Source of the DNA: an uncultured Verrucomicrobiae bacterium
Lineage (GTDB): Bacteria > Verrucomicrobiota > Verrucomicrobiia > Chthoniobacterales > UBA10450
Direction: 5' to 3'
DNA: 64,000 bases
Assembly (NCBI GenBank): GCA_963726745.1
Contig: CAVSDR010000007.1
Coordinates: 77,817 to 141,816 of the forward strand
How positions within the stretch are numbered: position 1 is the first letter of the stretch; each line of letters starts with the position of its first letter. Positions 40,867 to 52,415 of this stretch are shown here, piece by piece. Made by a program: the position numbers and the translations under genes. The notes under the pieces were generated by a model. The model worked only from the letters and a program-made list of their open reading frames with translations, was not told the DNA's origin and made no database searches.

Positions 40867-41834
40867 TGAGCGTCACCTACCTCGAAGCGATCCGCGAAGC
40901 GCAGGCGCACCTCCTGCGCACCGATGACCGCGTTTACCTCTATGGCCAGGATATCGCTGGCAAATTTGGCGGCGCTTTCAAGGCGACCAAGGGTCTGGCG
41001 GAACAATTTCCCGGCCGCGTCCTGAACTCGCCGATCAGCGAAGATGCCATGGTCGGCACGGCCATCGGCGCCGCGCTCGAAGGGATGCGCCCGGTGGTGG
41101 AGATGCAGTTTGCCGATTTCTCCAGCGTCGCGCTCAACCAGATCCTGAACAACGCCGGCACGCAGTATTGGCGCACCGAGATCCCCTGCCCGATCACTGT
41201 CCGCCTGCCGAGCGGCGGCACGAAAGGCAGCGGGCCGTTCCATAGCCAAAGCATGGAAGCGCTCTACGCGCACTACCCGGGCTTAATCGTGATGACGCCG
41301 GCCACAGTCGAAGACGCTTACACGATGTTGATCGAGGCGGTCGCGATCGATGACCCAGTAGTCTACTGCGAGCACAAGTATCTCTATTACCATCTCAAAG
41401 CCGACAAGCTGCCGACCGAAGGCCTGCCTGCGGGCAAGGCTCGGGTCGTTAGGCCGGGCCGCGACCTGAGCATCGTGACCTACAGCGTGATGGTGCACGA
41501 AGCGCTTACCGTAGCCGACGAGTTGAAACAGGAAGGCATCGAGGTGGAAGTGGTCGACCTGCGCACGATCAAGCCGCTCGATACCGAGACCGTGCTCGCC
41601 TCGGTCGCGCGCACCGGACGTTTGCTTTGCGTGGGGGAAGCGTTCCCGTGGGGCGGTGCGACCGCGGAAGTGATCGCGCGCGTGGCCACCGAAGGCTTCC
41701 ACCTGCTCGACGCCGCGCCTGGTCGCGTGAACGCCAAGGACACGCCGATCCCTTATCACCCAAATCTCTGGGCGGAACATCGCCCGAATGCGAAGTCGAT
41801 TGCCGCCAAAGCGCGCCAGATCCTGAGCGAATAA
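40866..41834 (+). CDS. 2-oxoacid dehydrogenase E1 beta subunit
   Basis: TYLEAI, SPISE, EMQFADF, GPFHSQ, EHK, DLRTIKPLD. Confidence 0.92.
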   Translation: MSVTYLEAIREAQAHLLRTDDRVYLYGQDIAGKFGGAFKATKGLAEQFPGRVLNSPISEDAMVGTAIGAALEGMRPVVEMQFADFSSVALNQILNNAGTQYWRTEIPCPITVRLPSGGTKGSGPFHSQSMEALYAHYPGLIVMTPATVEDAYTMLIEAVAIDDPVVYCEHKYLYYHLKADKLPTEGLPAGKARVVRPGRDLSIVTYSVMVHEALTVADELKQEGIEVEVVDLRTIKPLDTETVLASVARTGRLLCVGEAFPWGGATAEVIARVATEGFHLLDAAPGRVNAKDTPIPYHPNLWAEHRPNAKSIAAKARQILSE

Positions 41835-41838
41835 TTTT

Positions 41839-43089
41839 ATGCCGCAAGTTCCTATCACCATGCCGCAGCTCGGCGAATCCATGGCCGAGGCCACGATCGT
41901 CGCGATCAACGTCAAACCGGGCGACAAAGTCGCGGCCGACCAGGAGATCATCGAAGTCGAGACCGACAAAGCGGTCATGGGCGTGACCACTCCCTGCCCC
42001 GGCGAGATCGTGAAGATCGAGGCCGAAGTGAAAGGCGTCTACGCGGTCGGCGCTGTGCTTGGCTACATCGAAGCGAGCGAAGCCGATGCCGCACGCCTGG
42101 TGAAGAAAGCTCCGGCCGCGCCGCAAGGCGACGTGGCCAAGGAAGTCCCCGGCCGTGAGGAAGAGAAATCGTCCAACGGTTCCGGCTCGCATTTCCAGAT
42201 CGACGAAAGCGAAGTGCGCACCTTGCGCGTGGAATCCGAAGGCCAGACCGGCGGCGGTTTGCCCGTGCCCGCGAGCGCCAAGGGTGCTGGCTATTTTTCG
42301 CCGCGCGTCCGTGCGCGCATGGCCGAGCTGCAACTCACGCAGGCCGACCTCGCGGGCATCGCCGGGAGCGGCAATGCCGGCCGCATTACGGTCAAAGACC
42401 TGGAGAATTTCCTCGGCGGTCTCGAGGGCCAGACTGCGGAGAAGCCGAGCGCCATCCGCACCGGCGTGGCCGACGCGATGCGCCGCAGTTGGACTCGGCC
42501 GCTCGCGACCGTGGGCTTGTCCGTTTGCCTCGACCCGGTGCTGCAGGATCGCAAAAAGCGCGATCCAAAACCCGGCCCAGCGCTCTACGTCCTGCGCGCT
42601 TTAGCCATCGCTTTGTCCGAGCAGCCCAACGCGGCCTCACGCTTGATCGGCGGCCGTGCGATCACCTCGAAGTCGATCGACTTGGGCGTGGCCGTGGAAG
42701 CCGGCGAAGGGATCATGGTCCCGGTGATTCGGAAGGCGAACGAGACTTCGCTCGCCGATATGACCACTCGTTATACCGAACTGGTCGAGCTCGCGCGCAA
42801 GCGCCGCGTGACCGCGGAGATGACCGCCGGCGGAATCGCTTCCGTCTCCAACTTTGGCACCTTCGGCCTCGATTGGGGCACGCCAATTCCCCTGCCCGAC
42901 CAGACGCTTCTGCTCGGTCTTGGCGCCGGTAAAAAAGCGCCTACCTGGAGCGAGGAGAAGCAGCAATTTGTTCCGACGACGCAGGCGGAGCTCACGCTCA
43001 GCTTCGATCACCGCAGCCTCGATGGCGGCGGCGCGGGACGCGTGCTGCAGCGGGTCGCAGAGCTCCTCGGCACGCCCGAAAAGCTCTAG
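41839..43089 (+). CDS. 2-oxoacid dehydrogenase E2 (dihydrolipoamide acyltransferase)
   Basis: Lipoyl motif ETDKA, E3-binding GSGNAGRITVKD, catalytic DHRSLDG. Confidence 0.9.
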   Translation: MPQVPITMPQLGESMAEATIVAINVKPGDKVAADQEIIEVETDKAVMGVTTPCPGEIVKIEAEVKGVYAVGAVLGYIEASEADAARLVKKAPAAPQGDVAKEVPGREEEKSSNGSGSHFQIDESEVRTLRVESEGQTGGGLPVPASAKGAGYFSPRVRARMAELQLTQADLAGIAGSGNAGRITVKDLENFLGGLEGQTAEKPSAIRTGVADAMRRSWTRPLATVGLSVCLDPVLQDRKKRDPKPGPALYVLRALAIALSEQPNAASRLIGGRAITSKSIDLGVAVEAGEGIMVPVIRKANETSLADMTTRYTELVELARKRRVTAEMTAGGIASVSNFGTFGLDWGTPIPLPDQTLLLGLGAGKKAPTWSEEKQQFVPTTQAELTLSFDHRSLDGGGAGRVLQRVAELLGTPEKL

Positions 43090-43760
43090 AGTTTCCCGCG
43101 ATTCGCGAGCGCAAAGCGCACCAGCGCGAGGCTCCCGTGGAGGTCCAGTTTGCTGCTGACGTTCTGCCGGTGCGTCTCCACGGTTCGTGGACTAACGAAT
43201 AATTGCGCGGCAATTTCCTTGCTGCTTAAGTCGGCTGCGATCAGCCGGAGGACGCGTCGCTCCATCGGCGTGAGGCTGGCCAGGCCGGGATGCGCGCGCT
43301 CGAACTCGCCCGCGGCGTGCTGACGTTTCAGCAGGTGCGAGGAGAGCGCAGGGCTGAGGTAGGCCTCGCCCGCGGCCACCGCCTTGATCGCGGCCGCGAT
43401 GTCGGTCACGGCACTTTCCTTGAGCACGTAACCTTTCGTCCCGAGATCGAGCGCCGCCTGGAAGACCTCCTCCTCGCTATGCATGGTCAGGAACACGATC
43501 TCGGGACGCACCGTCTCCTGCTGGAGCGCGCGCGCGACCGCAAAGCCGTCCATCACCGGCATGTCGATGTCGAGCACGGCAACCGCGGGAGCATGCTCAC
43601 GAATGGCCGCGAGCGCGCTTTTGCCTTCGCCGGCCTCGGCCACGATCAGCAGGTCCTCGTCGGCCTCGATCATCTGGCGCAAGCCCTGGCGGACAATCGG
43701 ATGATCATCGGCCAGGACGATGCGAATCGGTCGCGAAATTTCAGGAGTGGTTGTGCGCAT
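43086..43760 (-). CDS. NarL/FixJ-family response regulator
   Basis: ADDHPIVR, LDIDMP, GYVLK, LuxR-type HTH SKEIA...TVETHR. Confidence 0.93.
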   Translation of the reverse strand: MRTTTPEISRPIRIVLADDHPIVRQGLRQMIEADEDLLIVAEAGEGKSALAAIREHAPAVAVLDIDMPVMDGFAVARALQQETVRPEIVFLTMHSEEEVFQAALDLGTKGYVLKESAVTDIAAAIKAVAAGEAYLSPALSSHLLKRQHAAGEFERAHPGLASLTPMERRVLRLIAADLSSKEIAAQLFVSPRTVETHRQNVSSKLDLHGSLALVRFALANRGKL

Positions 43761-46710
43761 AGGGCAGGTGAATCACGATGCGGGTGCCTTTGCCGGGTGT
43801 GGTCTCAACCGAGTGCGAGCCGTCGAGCAGGCGCACCCGTTCTGCGATTCCCAGCAGGCCGAAGCCGCGCTGTTCACTCTCGGAAACAGCAGCGAGATCG
43901 AACCCACGGCCGTTATCCTCGATCGTGAGATGCACCGCGTCCTCCTGCACCACCAGGCGGACGGTCGCGTCGGTCGCGCCAGCGTGTTTGATGATGTTGT
44001 TCAAGCTCTCCTGCACGATCCGGTAGACGCTGATTTCCGCTTCCGGCGGGAAGAGGCCGGCGAGTTCATCGATATCCGCCTCGATTGAGAGTCCGCCGCC
44101 CGGCGCAGCCTTGTTCAGCATCGAGCGCAAAGCTTTCGTTAGGCCGAGTCGGTCGAGCAGGTACGGCCGGAGGTTGTGCGCGATTTCGCGCACCTCGCCG
44201 ATGGCCTGCGCAGAGTGTTCCGTGATTTGCTCGATCTGGCGTTGCGCGCTTGGGAGATCGGTCGCGTTTTGCGCGGCCGCGAGGGCGCGGTTGTTGATCA
44301 TCGCGAGGGTTTGCCCGAGGCCATCGTGCAGCTCCGCGGCGACGCGGCGACGTTCAGTCTCGTGGGCCGCAATCAGCCGCCGCGAGAAATCGCGCTGCAT
44401 TGCAAAGCGCTGGCGTAATTGGCGCCCGCGCCACCAGAAGCCGAGCACCATCATCGCCCCCAGAAGCCCTGCGCCTAACGAGAGAAACCACCAGGTCTGC
44501 CAGAACGGCGGCAGCATCACGATCGGCAGACTGGTGACCGCGCTCCAGACGCCATCGCCATTATCGGCGCGCACCCGAAAGCTGTAGGAGCCGGGCGGGA
44601 GGTGCGAAAAATACGCCGTGCGCCGGGTCTCCGCGTTCGTCCATTCGCGGGTCAGGCCAGCCATTTGATACTCGAAGCGGACCTCCTGCGGACGCTGCCA
44701 GCTCAGGCCGGCGTAATGGATCTCCAGCTCTTCCTCGCCCGGGCGAAGGGTGAGCTTGCTGCCTAACGAGTGCAGCTGGTGATCGATCAGCGCGCTTTCC
44801 AGGACTACCCGCGGCGGCGCCTCGTTTTGCTTCGCCGGATCGACCACGGCCACGCCTTTGATCGTGGGAAACCAGAGTGTCCCGTCACGCATCTTCCAGC
44901 CCGCCGGCGTGGCGCCATTGCACTCGCGGCTGATCATCCCATCGGCGGAGCCGTAGCCGTAGGAATGCACCCGCGTGGCCTGGCCATCTGCGACCGCATT
45001 TAACTCCGCAAGACGGGCGCGATAAATGCCTTTGTTCCCGCTCATCCAAAGATTGCCGGCGTCATCCTCCAGGATGGAGAACGCGAGGTCGTCGTAGAGC
45101 CCTTGGTGGCTGGTAATGACGGCAAACTTTTCGTCTTTTCGCCGAACCAAACCACCGCCATGCGTGCCGATCCAGAGCGCGCCGGAGCGATCCTCGTAGA
45201 AACCCAGGATGTGATTATCCGGGAGACCATTGGCCGTCGTCCACGAGGTGAAGTTGCCGTCTGCGACACGCGTGAGCCCGTCATGAATCGTGCCGATCCA
45301 AACATTGCCGGCACGATCTTCGAAGAGGCTTTCGACATGGGCCTCGCGCAGGAGTGGCGTCGCCAGCGCAAGCTGGCCCGAGCCATCGGCGGCGCCGACA
45401 AAGAGACCGCGGACGGTGCCAACCCAAAGGCGGCCGGCTCGATCGCACAGCAACGCAATCACTGCGGGGATTTTTTGCCCGGGCCATAACGGCGTCTGCT
45501 GGCCTCCCTCCAGCCGAGCCAGCTCATGCCCTGGCATGCCGGGAGCGACAAAGAGTGTTCCGGTCGCGCTCCTGGCCAGAGTATTCGCGCGCGCGTTTGC
45601 CGCCATCTGGAAAACGCCGCCTGCGAAGCGAAACAGTGCCTTGGAACTTCCAACCCAAATCGTCCCCGTTTCGTCCTGGATAACCGGGCGGATGGAATCG
45701 CCCAGCAAGCCATCGCGGCTGGTGTAAACGCCGATGCGACCATGCCGGAGGCGGATCAAGCCATCGGCGTAGGTGCCGACCCAGAGGTCGCCTTCAGCGT
45801 CCGGATAAAGCACGCGAACGGGGGATTGCCCTAACGAGTCTTGCGTGGCGCACTCGCGAAAATCGCCGGCGGCATCTTGCTGGTAAATTTTCCCCTCGCT
45901 CGTGCCGATCCATAACCGGGCGTCCGGGCCGAAGGCGAGCGCGCTCACGCCCGCATTGAGCGGAGGCGGTTGGTCGCCACGCGAGACGAACTCTCCGCCC
46001 TCAAACCGGAGTAGGCCCTGCCCGGTCCCCGCCCATAGTCCCGTGCGATCCGCGGCCAGCGCGATCACTGCTTCCGCGCGCGCCTCTGGCAGCGGAAAGG
46101 CCGTAAAGGCCTCACCGCGAATTCGGCCTAACGAACCATCGAGGCCAAGCCAAAGATCGCCCGCGGGGTCGACCGCGAGCGCTTGCACATGGCTGGCGGA
46201 CAACCCGGCGGCGGTGTCGAAATTCGTCCAGTGTCCCTCTTTCCACCGGCTGACGCCGTGGCCGAGCGTACCCACCCAGACGGCCCCAGTCGGATCCTCC
46301 GCGAGCGCGGTCACGTAGTCATCGCCCAGCCCGTCCTGTGCAGTCACAAGGCGAAAGCGGCCGTTCTCATAACGGGTGAGCCCGCCGCCCGCGGTCCCGA
46401 TCCAGAGGGTGCCGGCGTGATCTTCCAGGAGCGAAGTGACATGGCTATTCGCCAGCTCCGGCGTGTTCGTCCGGTCGAAGATCGCGAAGCGCACCCCATC
46501 GAACCGCGCGAGGCCCTCGATCGTGCCCAGCCAGAGGTAGCCGTCGCGGGTGTGGGTCACGGCGAGCACGCTGTTCTGCGGCAGACCATCTTCGTCCTGC
46601 CAAAAGCGCACCTGGTAGCGCGGCGGAAAAGTTGCCGGCAACTTCTCGTCCGCGAACAGGGGATGCGCCGCGGCACAAAAGAGAAGCCCAAGGACGACCA
46701 GACATTTCAT
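43741..46710 (-). CDS. Sensor histidine kinase with periplasmic beta-propellers, Y_Y_Y domain and HisKA_3
   Basis: Repeated (D)xxGxLWxGT blades, LPPGSYSFRV, one TM, AELHDGLGQ, DNGRGF, GLLG. Confidence 0.92.
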   Translation of the reverse strand: MKCLVVLGLLFCAAAHPLFADEKLPATFPPRYQVRFWQDEDGLPQNSVLAVTHTRDGYLWLGTIEGLARFDGVRFAIFDRTNTPELANSHVTSLLEDHAGTLWIGTAGGGLTRYENGRFRLVTAQDGLGDDYVTALAEDPTGAVWVGTLGHGVSRWKEGHWTNFDTAAGLSASHVQALAVDPAGDLWLGLDGSLGRIRGEAFTAFPLPEARAEAVIALAADRTGLWAGTGQGLLRFEGGEFVSRGDQPPPLNAGVSALAFGPDARLWIGTSEGKIYQQDAAGDFRECATQDSLGQSPVRVLYPDAEGDLWVGTYADGLIRLRHGRIGVYTSRDGLLGDSIRPVIQDETGTIWVGSSKALFRFAGGVFQMAANARANTLARSATGTLFVAPGMPGHELARLEGGQQTPLWPGQKIPAVIALLCDRAGRLWVGTVRGLFVGAADGSGQLALATPLLREAHVESLFEDRAGNVWIGTIHDGLTRVADGNFTSWTTANGLPDNHILGFYEDRSGALWIGTHGGGLVRRKDEKFAVITSHQGLYDDLAFSILEDDAGNLWMSGNKGIYRARLAELNAVADGQATRVHSYGYGSADGMISRECNGATPAGWKMRDGTLWFPTIKGVAVVDPAKQNEAPPRVVLESALIDHQLHSLGSKLTLRPGEEELEIHYAGLSWQRPQEVRFEYQMAGLTREWTNAETRRTAYFSHLPPGSYSFRVRADNGDGVWSAVTSLPIVMLPPFWQTWWFLSLGAGLLGAMMVLGFWWRGRQLRQRFAMQRDFSRRLIAAHETERRRVAAELHDGLGQTLAMINNRALAAAQNATDLPSAQRQIEQITEHSAQAIGEVREIAHNLRPYLLDRLGLTKALRSMLNKAAPGGGLSIEADIDELAGLFPPEAEISVYRIVQESLNNIIKHAGATDATVRLVVQEDAVHLTIEDNGRGFDLAAVSESEQRGFGLLGIAERVRLLDGSHSVETTPGKGTRIVIHLPYAHNHS

Positions 46711-46758
46711 CGTGCGCAGTCCCACTAAAGATGGCCCGCGCGCTTCTGGCGATCTCCT

Positions 46759-49700
46759 TCACCGTTGGAAATGCCGGCGGATTGGCCGCCACGCCAGGAG
46801 GGCCGCGCCAATGAAAAGCATCCCCCAGGTCGCCGGTTCAGGGACAGGCGCCGCGCCGAGGTAAGTAAGGGTAATGTCGTTAGGCAAAGCGCCCCCGTCG
46901 GCATTGGCGGCGTAATTGACCGAAAAGATGCCCGCGGGACTGGCGTAGACTCCGCCCGGCGCGTTGGCAAAATTGCCGATGACCGGAGAGCTGCCGCCGT
47001 CGATCACGATCGCGAAGACCTGGTTCTGTCCCGGCGTAAAACCATTGACCAGGCTCACCATCAAATTCCCGGCGAGGGTCAACTGGCCGGACATCAAAAC
47101 TTGATCATAACCGGTGCCGCCGTTCGTCCCTCCGAGTTCGATGCTCAGGGTCGAGCCCAGGCCTAACGAGAGATCGTTCGCAATGGTCAACTGTCCGGGG
47201 CTATTTCCCGGAGCGAGCGTGCCGCCTGCTTGCACGCTGACGGGACCAGCAATGCGCCCGCCTCCGCCGAGGGTAGCGCCGTTTTGCACCGCGACTGCGC
47301 CGGAACCGGTGCCGGAAAGGGCAGGATTGTTCACCAGCAAAGTCCCGCCCTGCACTACGGTCCCGCCGGAGTAGAGGTTGCTGCCGCTAAGATTGAGCGT
47401 GCCGCCGCCGGTTTTGTTGAGCTGCGTGGCCAGGCCGTTGTCGCCATTCGCGATGCTCCCTGGAACGCTAAGGGTGCCGCCATTGGCTACCGAGATCGTG
47501 CCGGCGCCATTCGCGGTGGGCGCTTCCAGATGCAGCGATCCGCTGTAGGTGGAAGTCGCGGAATTGTCGGCGGTCACGCTGCCGCGAACGTTGACATAGC
47601 CAGTGCCAGTGGTGACCGCGCCACCATTGATCGCGAGGTTGGTGATGGACTCCGCGAAGGAGTTCAAATCGAGCAGGCCGCCGGCGTTCACCGTGATGCT
47701 CTTGTCGTCGCGGACCTGACTGGACGCTCCGTAGCGGACGATGGTGCCGCCATTCACCGTGAGATTGCCGCCCATCGCGCTGCCGAAAGCATTCTCAGGT
47801 CCTTGTCCGCGCTTGCTCAGCACCAAAGTGCCGCCGTTCACCACTGTGTCCCCGGTGTAGGTGTTCGGTGTATTGCCGGAGAAGATCAGGCTGCCGCCGC
47901 CCTGCTTGTTGAGTTGCGCCGGCAGGCCGTTGTCACCGTTGGCGATCACGCCGGAAATGTCGAAGAGTCCTCCGGCTGCCACCGAGATATTGCGCGCGGC
48001 ATTCGCCGTGGGCGCTTCGAAATGCAGGTTGCCGGCGTAGCTCGAGAAGGTCGAGTTGTTGGCGGCGATCGTTCCGCGCACATTCAGGTAACCGGCGCCG
48101 GTGATAACACTGCCGCCGTTAACCGTGAGATCCACGATGGACTCGGCAAAGCCGTTCAAGTCGAGCGTGCCCGCGTTGATGATGCTCTTATCGTCGCGCA
48201 CCTGGCTGTCGGCGCCGTAGCGAACGGTCGCGCCGCTGCTGACAAAAAGATTGCCGCCCATCGCGCTGCCGAAATTAGCCGGCGCGCCGACGTTGGTCTT
48301 CGCCAGCACGAGCGTGCCGTTGTTTACGAAGGTGTCACCGGCGTAGGTGTTGGGCGACGCGCCGCTGAATGTGAGCGTGCCAGCGCCGCTCTTGACCAGG
48401 CCGCCACTGCCGCTGATCACGCCGGCAAAGGTCTGCGCGTTCGGGTTGGCAAAGGCGAGGGTGGCGTTGTTGATGATGTTGCCGAGAACGCTGCTGTTCG
48501 CGGAGGTGCTGTTGCCGAGCTGCAAGGTCCCGCCGCTGATGGTGGTGCCGCCGGTGTAGGTGTTCGCCCCCGCGAGCGTGAGCGTGCCAGCGCCGGACTT
48601 GGTCAGACCTCCATCGCTCGCAGCATCGCCAGCGATGGTGGAATGAATCAGCGGGGCAGCGAGGCTGACGTTGAAGCCGTTCGTATCGATCTTCGCGCCG
48701 CCGTTTCGCACCTGATTTGTCCCGACGCTCACAGCGAAGTTCGCAGTCGCCTGGAGCGTGCCGCCATTGAAATTGAAGAGGCCGTTTCCAGCGCTGATCG
48801 CGTTTAATCCGGAGGTGCGGAGCAGACCGCCGTCGAGGTTATAGCTGCCTCCGGCGCCGAAGAGGATCTGGGTGGCCGTGACGGTGCCGCCGCTTTGCTG
48901 CACCAGGCCGGAAGTTGGTTACGCCTAGCCTGAAAGGTTACCGACCGCGAGGGAGGTGCTCGCGCCACTGACCGGTAAGGTCGGGTGCCACGGAAACACC
49001 TCTAGCTCGATCGAAATGGGTCAAGCCATCAACTTTGTAGGAGCCCGATGTTCACGCCATTATTCGCGAGGCTGTCGAGATCGAGCTTGTGCGCCGGCGA
49101 CGAAGGGATATCGTCCCCCCGATCGTTGTTGAAGCCGCTCTTCGCGCCCACGGCACCGGTGGAGACTGGTTCCCCGAGAAGCTGAGGGTCCGATATCGTT
49201 GTCTACTTGTGTGATCCTTCAAGATCCCGCCGGAAACGCTGAGATCGGCAGTCACCGTGCCGCCCAGGGCTGAGGAAAGAAGTGCCGGTAAGGCTGCCGT
49301 TCTGGATCGTGCCGCCGCTAGGAGCTGCGGTTCTGGCCTCCAGAGATGGATATGCCGCCCAGGTTGATCGCTCCCACGGTCTGGCTGGTGCCGCCGAGGT
49401 CGAGATCAGAGCAGAGCTGTAAATGTTCAAGGTATTGCCGGTGATTTCCCAGTGTGCCGGCGCCGGTGAGTCGCCAGGATTGTGAAGTTGAAGTTCGTGA
49501 GGTGATGGGCCCGGAAAACGCATTAGGGGCGCTTAAGGTCAGAGGCCCCGACCAAAGATAAGCCCGCCCGTGTTGGAGCTACTGAGGGGAGAGCCAAAGG
49601 TTGATGCTTTGAGTGCGAGGCTTGTGCTGAAGATAAAGATTGTCCAGCACTATTGGCGATGCGGCCCGAGGGGTCGCTCGAAGTGGCGTCGAGCTGCAGA

Positions 49701-51750
49701 ACACCACCGTTGAATTGGATCGGACCTGAGCTGCCCAAAGCTCCCGCGCTGGCGGCGAAAAGCGTGCCATCATTCAGGAACGTGCCGCCGGTGTAGGTGT
49801 TGTTGCCACTCAGCGTCAGCGTCTTGGTGCGCGCTCCATTCAGATAGGCCGCGCCGGTGCCCGCCAGATTGGCGCTGACGTTGGCATCACCACTGTTGCC
49901 GTCTCGGCCGGGAATGAACGTGCCGATAAGTTGAAGAGTTGGCCGATCAAGGTGCCATTCCGAATGACGCCGCCGAGCCCGATATCGCTTGAGCCGGCTA
50001 AGTTCACAGTCCCGGCGCTCTGGTTTGTGCCGCCTAAATCAAGGAAGCCTCCGCCGACCGTGAGCGTGCTCGCGGTATTCCCGAGCGTGCCCGCGCCGCT
50101 GATCGCCAGCGTGCCGCGCGTAACCATGGTGCCGCCGGAGTAGCTGTTGTGCCCGGTCAGCGTCGCGACGGAATTGTCTCCCAGTTTGGTCAGCCTGCCG
50201 TTCCCCGCCAGCACAGCGCTCACAGTGGAGTTTGCGAGGAAAGAATAGCCGGTGGCGGTGAGCGTGCCGTTCAGGATGTCGCCGCCGTTATTCGTCACCA
50301 ACCCGACCGCTGGTTGATCCCGCCGAGATTCAGCGAACCGCCATTGAACGTGAGCGCGCCGGTGCCGCTGCCGAGCCGCCCCGCGCCGCTCAGCGCGATG
50401 GTCCCGCCATTGATCGTCGTCCCGCCAGTGTAGTTGTTTGCCGCGGTCAGCGTGAGGGCGCCGCTGCCGAGCTTGAGCAAGCCGAGCACATTCGCGCCGC
50501 CATTCGGATTGGCGATCAGGCCGGAGTAGGTCAGCCCGCCGATTGCGTCCGTGGTGTCGATGCCGATGGCAGCGCCCGAAGCGAAGCCCACAGGCACACC
50601 ATTGCGACCAACGCCGCTGAGCAGACCGCCGATCGAGTTTGCGCCGGAAGTCGCGTTCGTAAATTCGCCCGGGCCGCCGGCCGCGACGGCGAGCGTTCCG
50701 CCACTGAGCACCGCGATCGCGCCCGTCGCTGGGCATCGAATCAAGCGACGAAAACAGCAGGATGCCGGCATTGATCCTGGTCCCGCCAGTGTAGGTGTTC
50801 CCTGGCGCAAGCGTGAGCATCCCCGCGCCCAGCTTCGTCAGGCCGCCGTCCACACCGGCATCGCCCGGGATAATCGAGTGCACGAGGGGTTCAGAGAGGG
50901 CGACGTTCTTGTTATTCGTATCGATCTTCGCTCCGCCGTCGCGCACGTTCGCGACGCTGAGGTTGCCCAGGAAGCTGGCGTTATCCCGCACGGCCTGAAG
51001 GGTGCCGCCGTTGAAGTTGAACGTGCTCGTGCCCTGCCCTCCCGCCACTTGGCCAACGCTGACGAGCCGCCGAACAAATTGTAAACGCCCTGACCACCCG
51101 CCATCTCGGCGAGCAGGATGGAATCGACCGTATGCGTGCCGCCGGTCTGATTGATGACGCCGCGTACCCTGACGGCCGATCGTCTCTCTGTTGGCCAGAA
51201 TGACGCCGTTCCCGAGATTCACGGTTCCCGAACTGCCGGAATTGACGCCCAGAATCGCAAGGCCGAAACGGTCGTTCCAATCCGACGTGCCGCCGGTCTG
51301 GTTGAGAATGCCGATACCGCGATCGCCGATGTTGACTTGGGTGGCGCTGTAGAATGTGCCGCCGCTCAGGTTGACCGTGCCGGTGACGTTTGCGGAGGCA
51401 CCGAGGGAGAGGAGACCCGCGGCGTTGAGCGTGCCACTGCTCTGGTTGAGCGTGCCGCTACTGGTATCTCCCACCACGATGGCACTGTAGGTGGTATCGC
51501 CGCCGGGATAGGTGTAGGTGCCGTTGATGACCAGGTCCGACGTGGGACTGCCGGGTGCCGCAAGGGTGCGGAGCTCCCAGCCGAGACGGCCAGAGCGCCG
51601 AGCCCAGAACGCGAGAATCGGCCGTCCGCCAAGTAGCCAGCGCTGACGAGTCGCGTCCGAAGAGCGGAGATCATCCGCCCGCAGCGCGGCACGGAAGGGG
51701 AAAGCAGCAGACAAGCAGAGAGAGCGCGAGCAAAGGATGCATCTCTTCAT
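46759..51750 (-). CDS. Large autotransporter-associated beta-strand repeat protein with PEP-CTERM; multiple frameshifts and a garbled segment ~48900-49800
   Basis: Many GLTKxGxGTLTLxxxNTYTGGTT repeats across ORFs 49840..51750, 50295..50810 and 46759..48903; C-terminal VPEPATWGMLFIGAALLAWRPIRR. Confidence 0.8.
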
Positions 51751-51786
51751 GCGCCGCAGCGTGCCGGGCCGGCTCTGCCCGCGCCA

Positions 51787-51827
51787 TCCGTAGCCCTACT
51801 GAATTTTTCTACGTGGGACTACGTAGA
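51787..51827. promoter_or_regulatory. Two 7-2-7 inverted-repeat sites (candidate NarL-type response regulator operators)
   Basis: TCCGTAG-CC-CTACTGA (51787-51802) and TACGTGG-GA-CTACGTA (51810-51825) in the divergent intergenic region. Confidence 0.5.
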
Positions 51828-51832
51828 GACGT

Positions 51833-52345
51833 TTGCGCCGCGTGCGCCCGCGGCGACTTTTCGCGGTGCGCTCATCTCGCTGGCTCTTTTTGCTCTCGTT
51901 AGGCTTGAGCCTTGGTTTGCCGGGCTGCCAGCGGCCGATTCCGCCTGCCGCCGACCACGACGCCATCGTGGCGGTGGTGGAGGGATTCCACGCCGCGCTG
52001 GAACAAGGCGACAGCAGCGCCGCGCTCGATTTCCTCGCGCCCGATGCCCAGGTCCTCGAGTCGGGCGGGCGCGAGACGCGCGAACAATATGCCGGCAATC
52101 ATCTCGGCGAGGACATCCGCTTTGCGCGCACGGTGCCGAGCCAGCGCGCGGGCTTGATCGTGCGGCAGGAAGGCGATGTCGCCTGGACCACGCAAACTTC
52201 GCGCACCGCCGGCAGCTATCTCGGCCGCGCGCTCGAGAGCGAAGGCGCCGAGCTCATGGTCCTGGCGAAAACGCAGGCCGGCTGGAAGATTCGCGCGATT
52301 CATTGGTCGAGCCATTCGCACGCGACCCAGGTGCCGGCGCATTGA
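51833..52345 (+). CDS. NTF2/SnoaL-like (DUF4440) lipoprotein
   Basis: Lipobox LPGC; FHAALEQGD...GWKIRAIHWSS. Confidence 0.78.
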   Translation: MRRVRPRRLFAVRSSRWLFLLSLGLSLGLPGCQRPIPPAADHDAIVAVVEGFHAALEQGDSSAALDFLAPDAQVLESGGRETREQYAGNHLGEDIRFARTVPSQRAGLIVRQEGDVAWTTQTSRTAGSYLGRALESEGAELMVLAKTQAGWKIRAIHWSSHSHATQVPAH

Positions 52346-52415
52346 GTCGCAGGGCGCCCGACGCCGTCGCCTTCCGCCCTTGTTCCAGCACTGGGCTGTT
52401 TTAAGCTCCTGCCTT

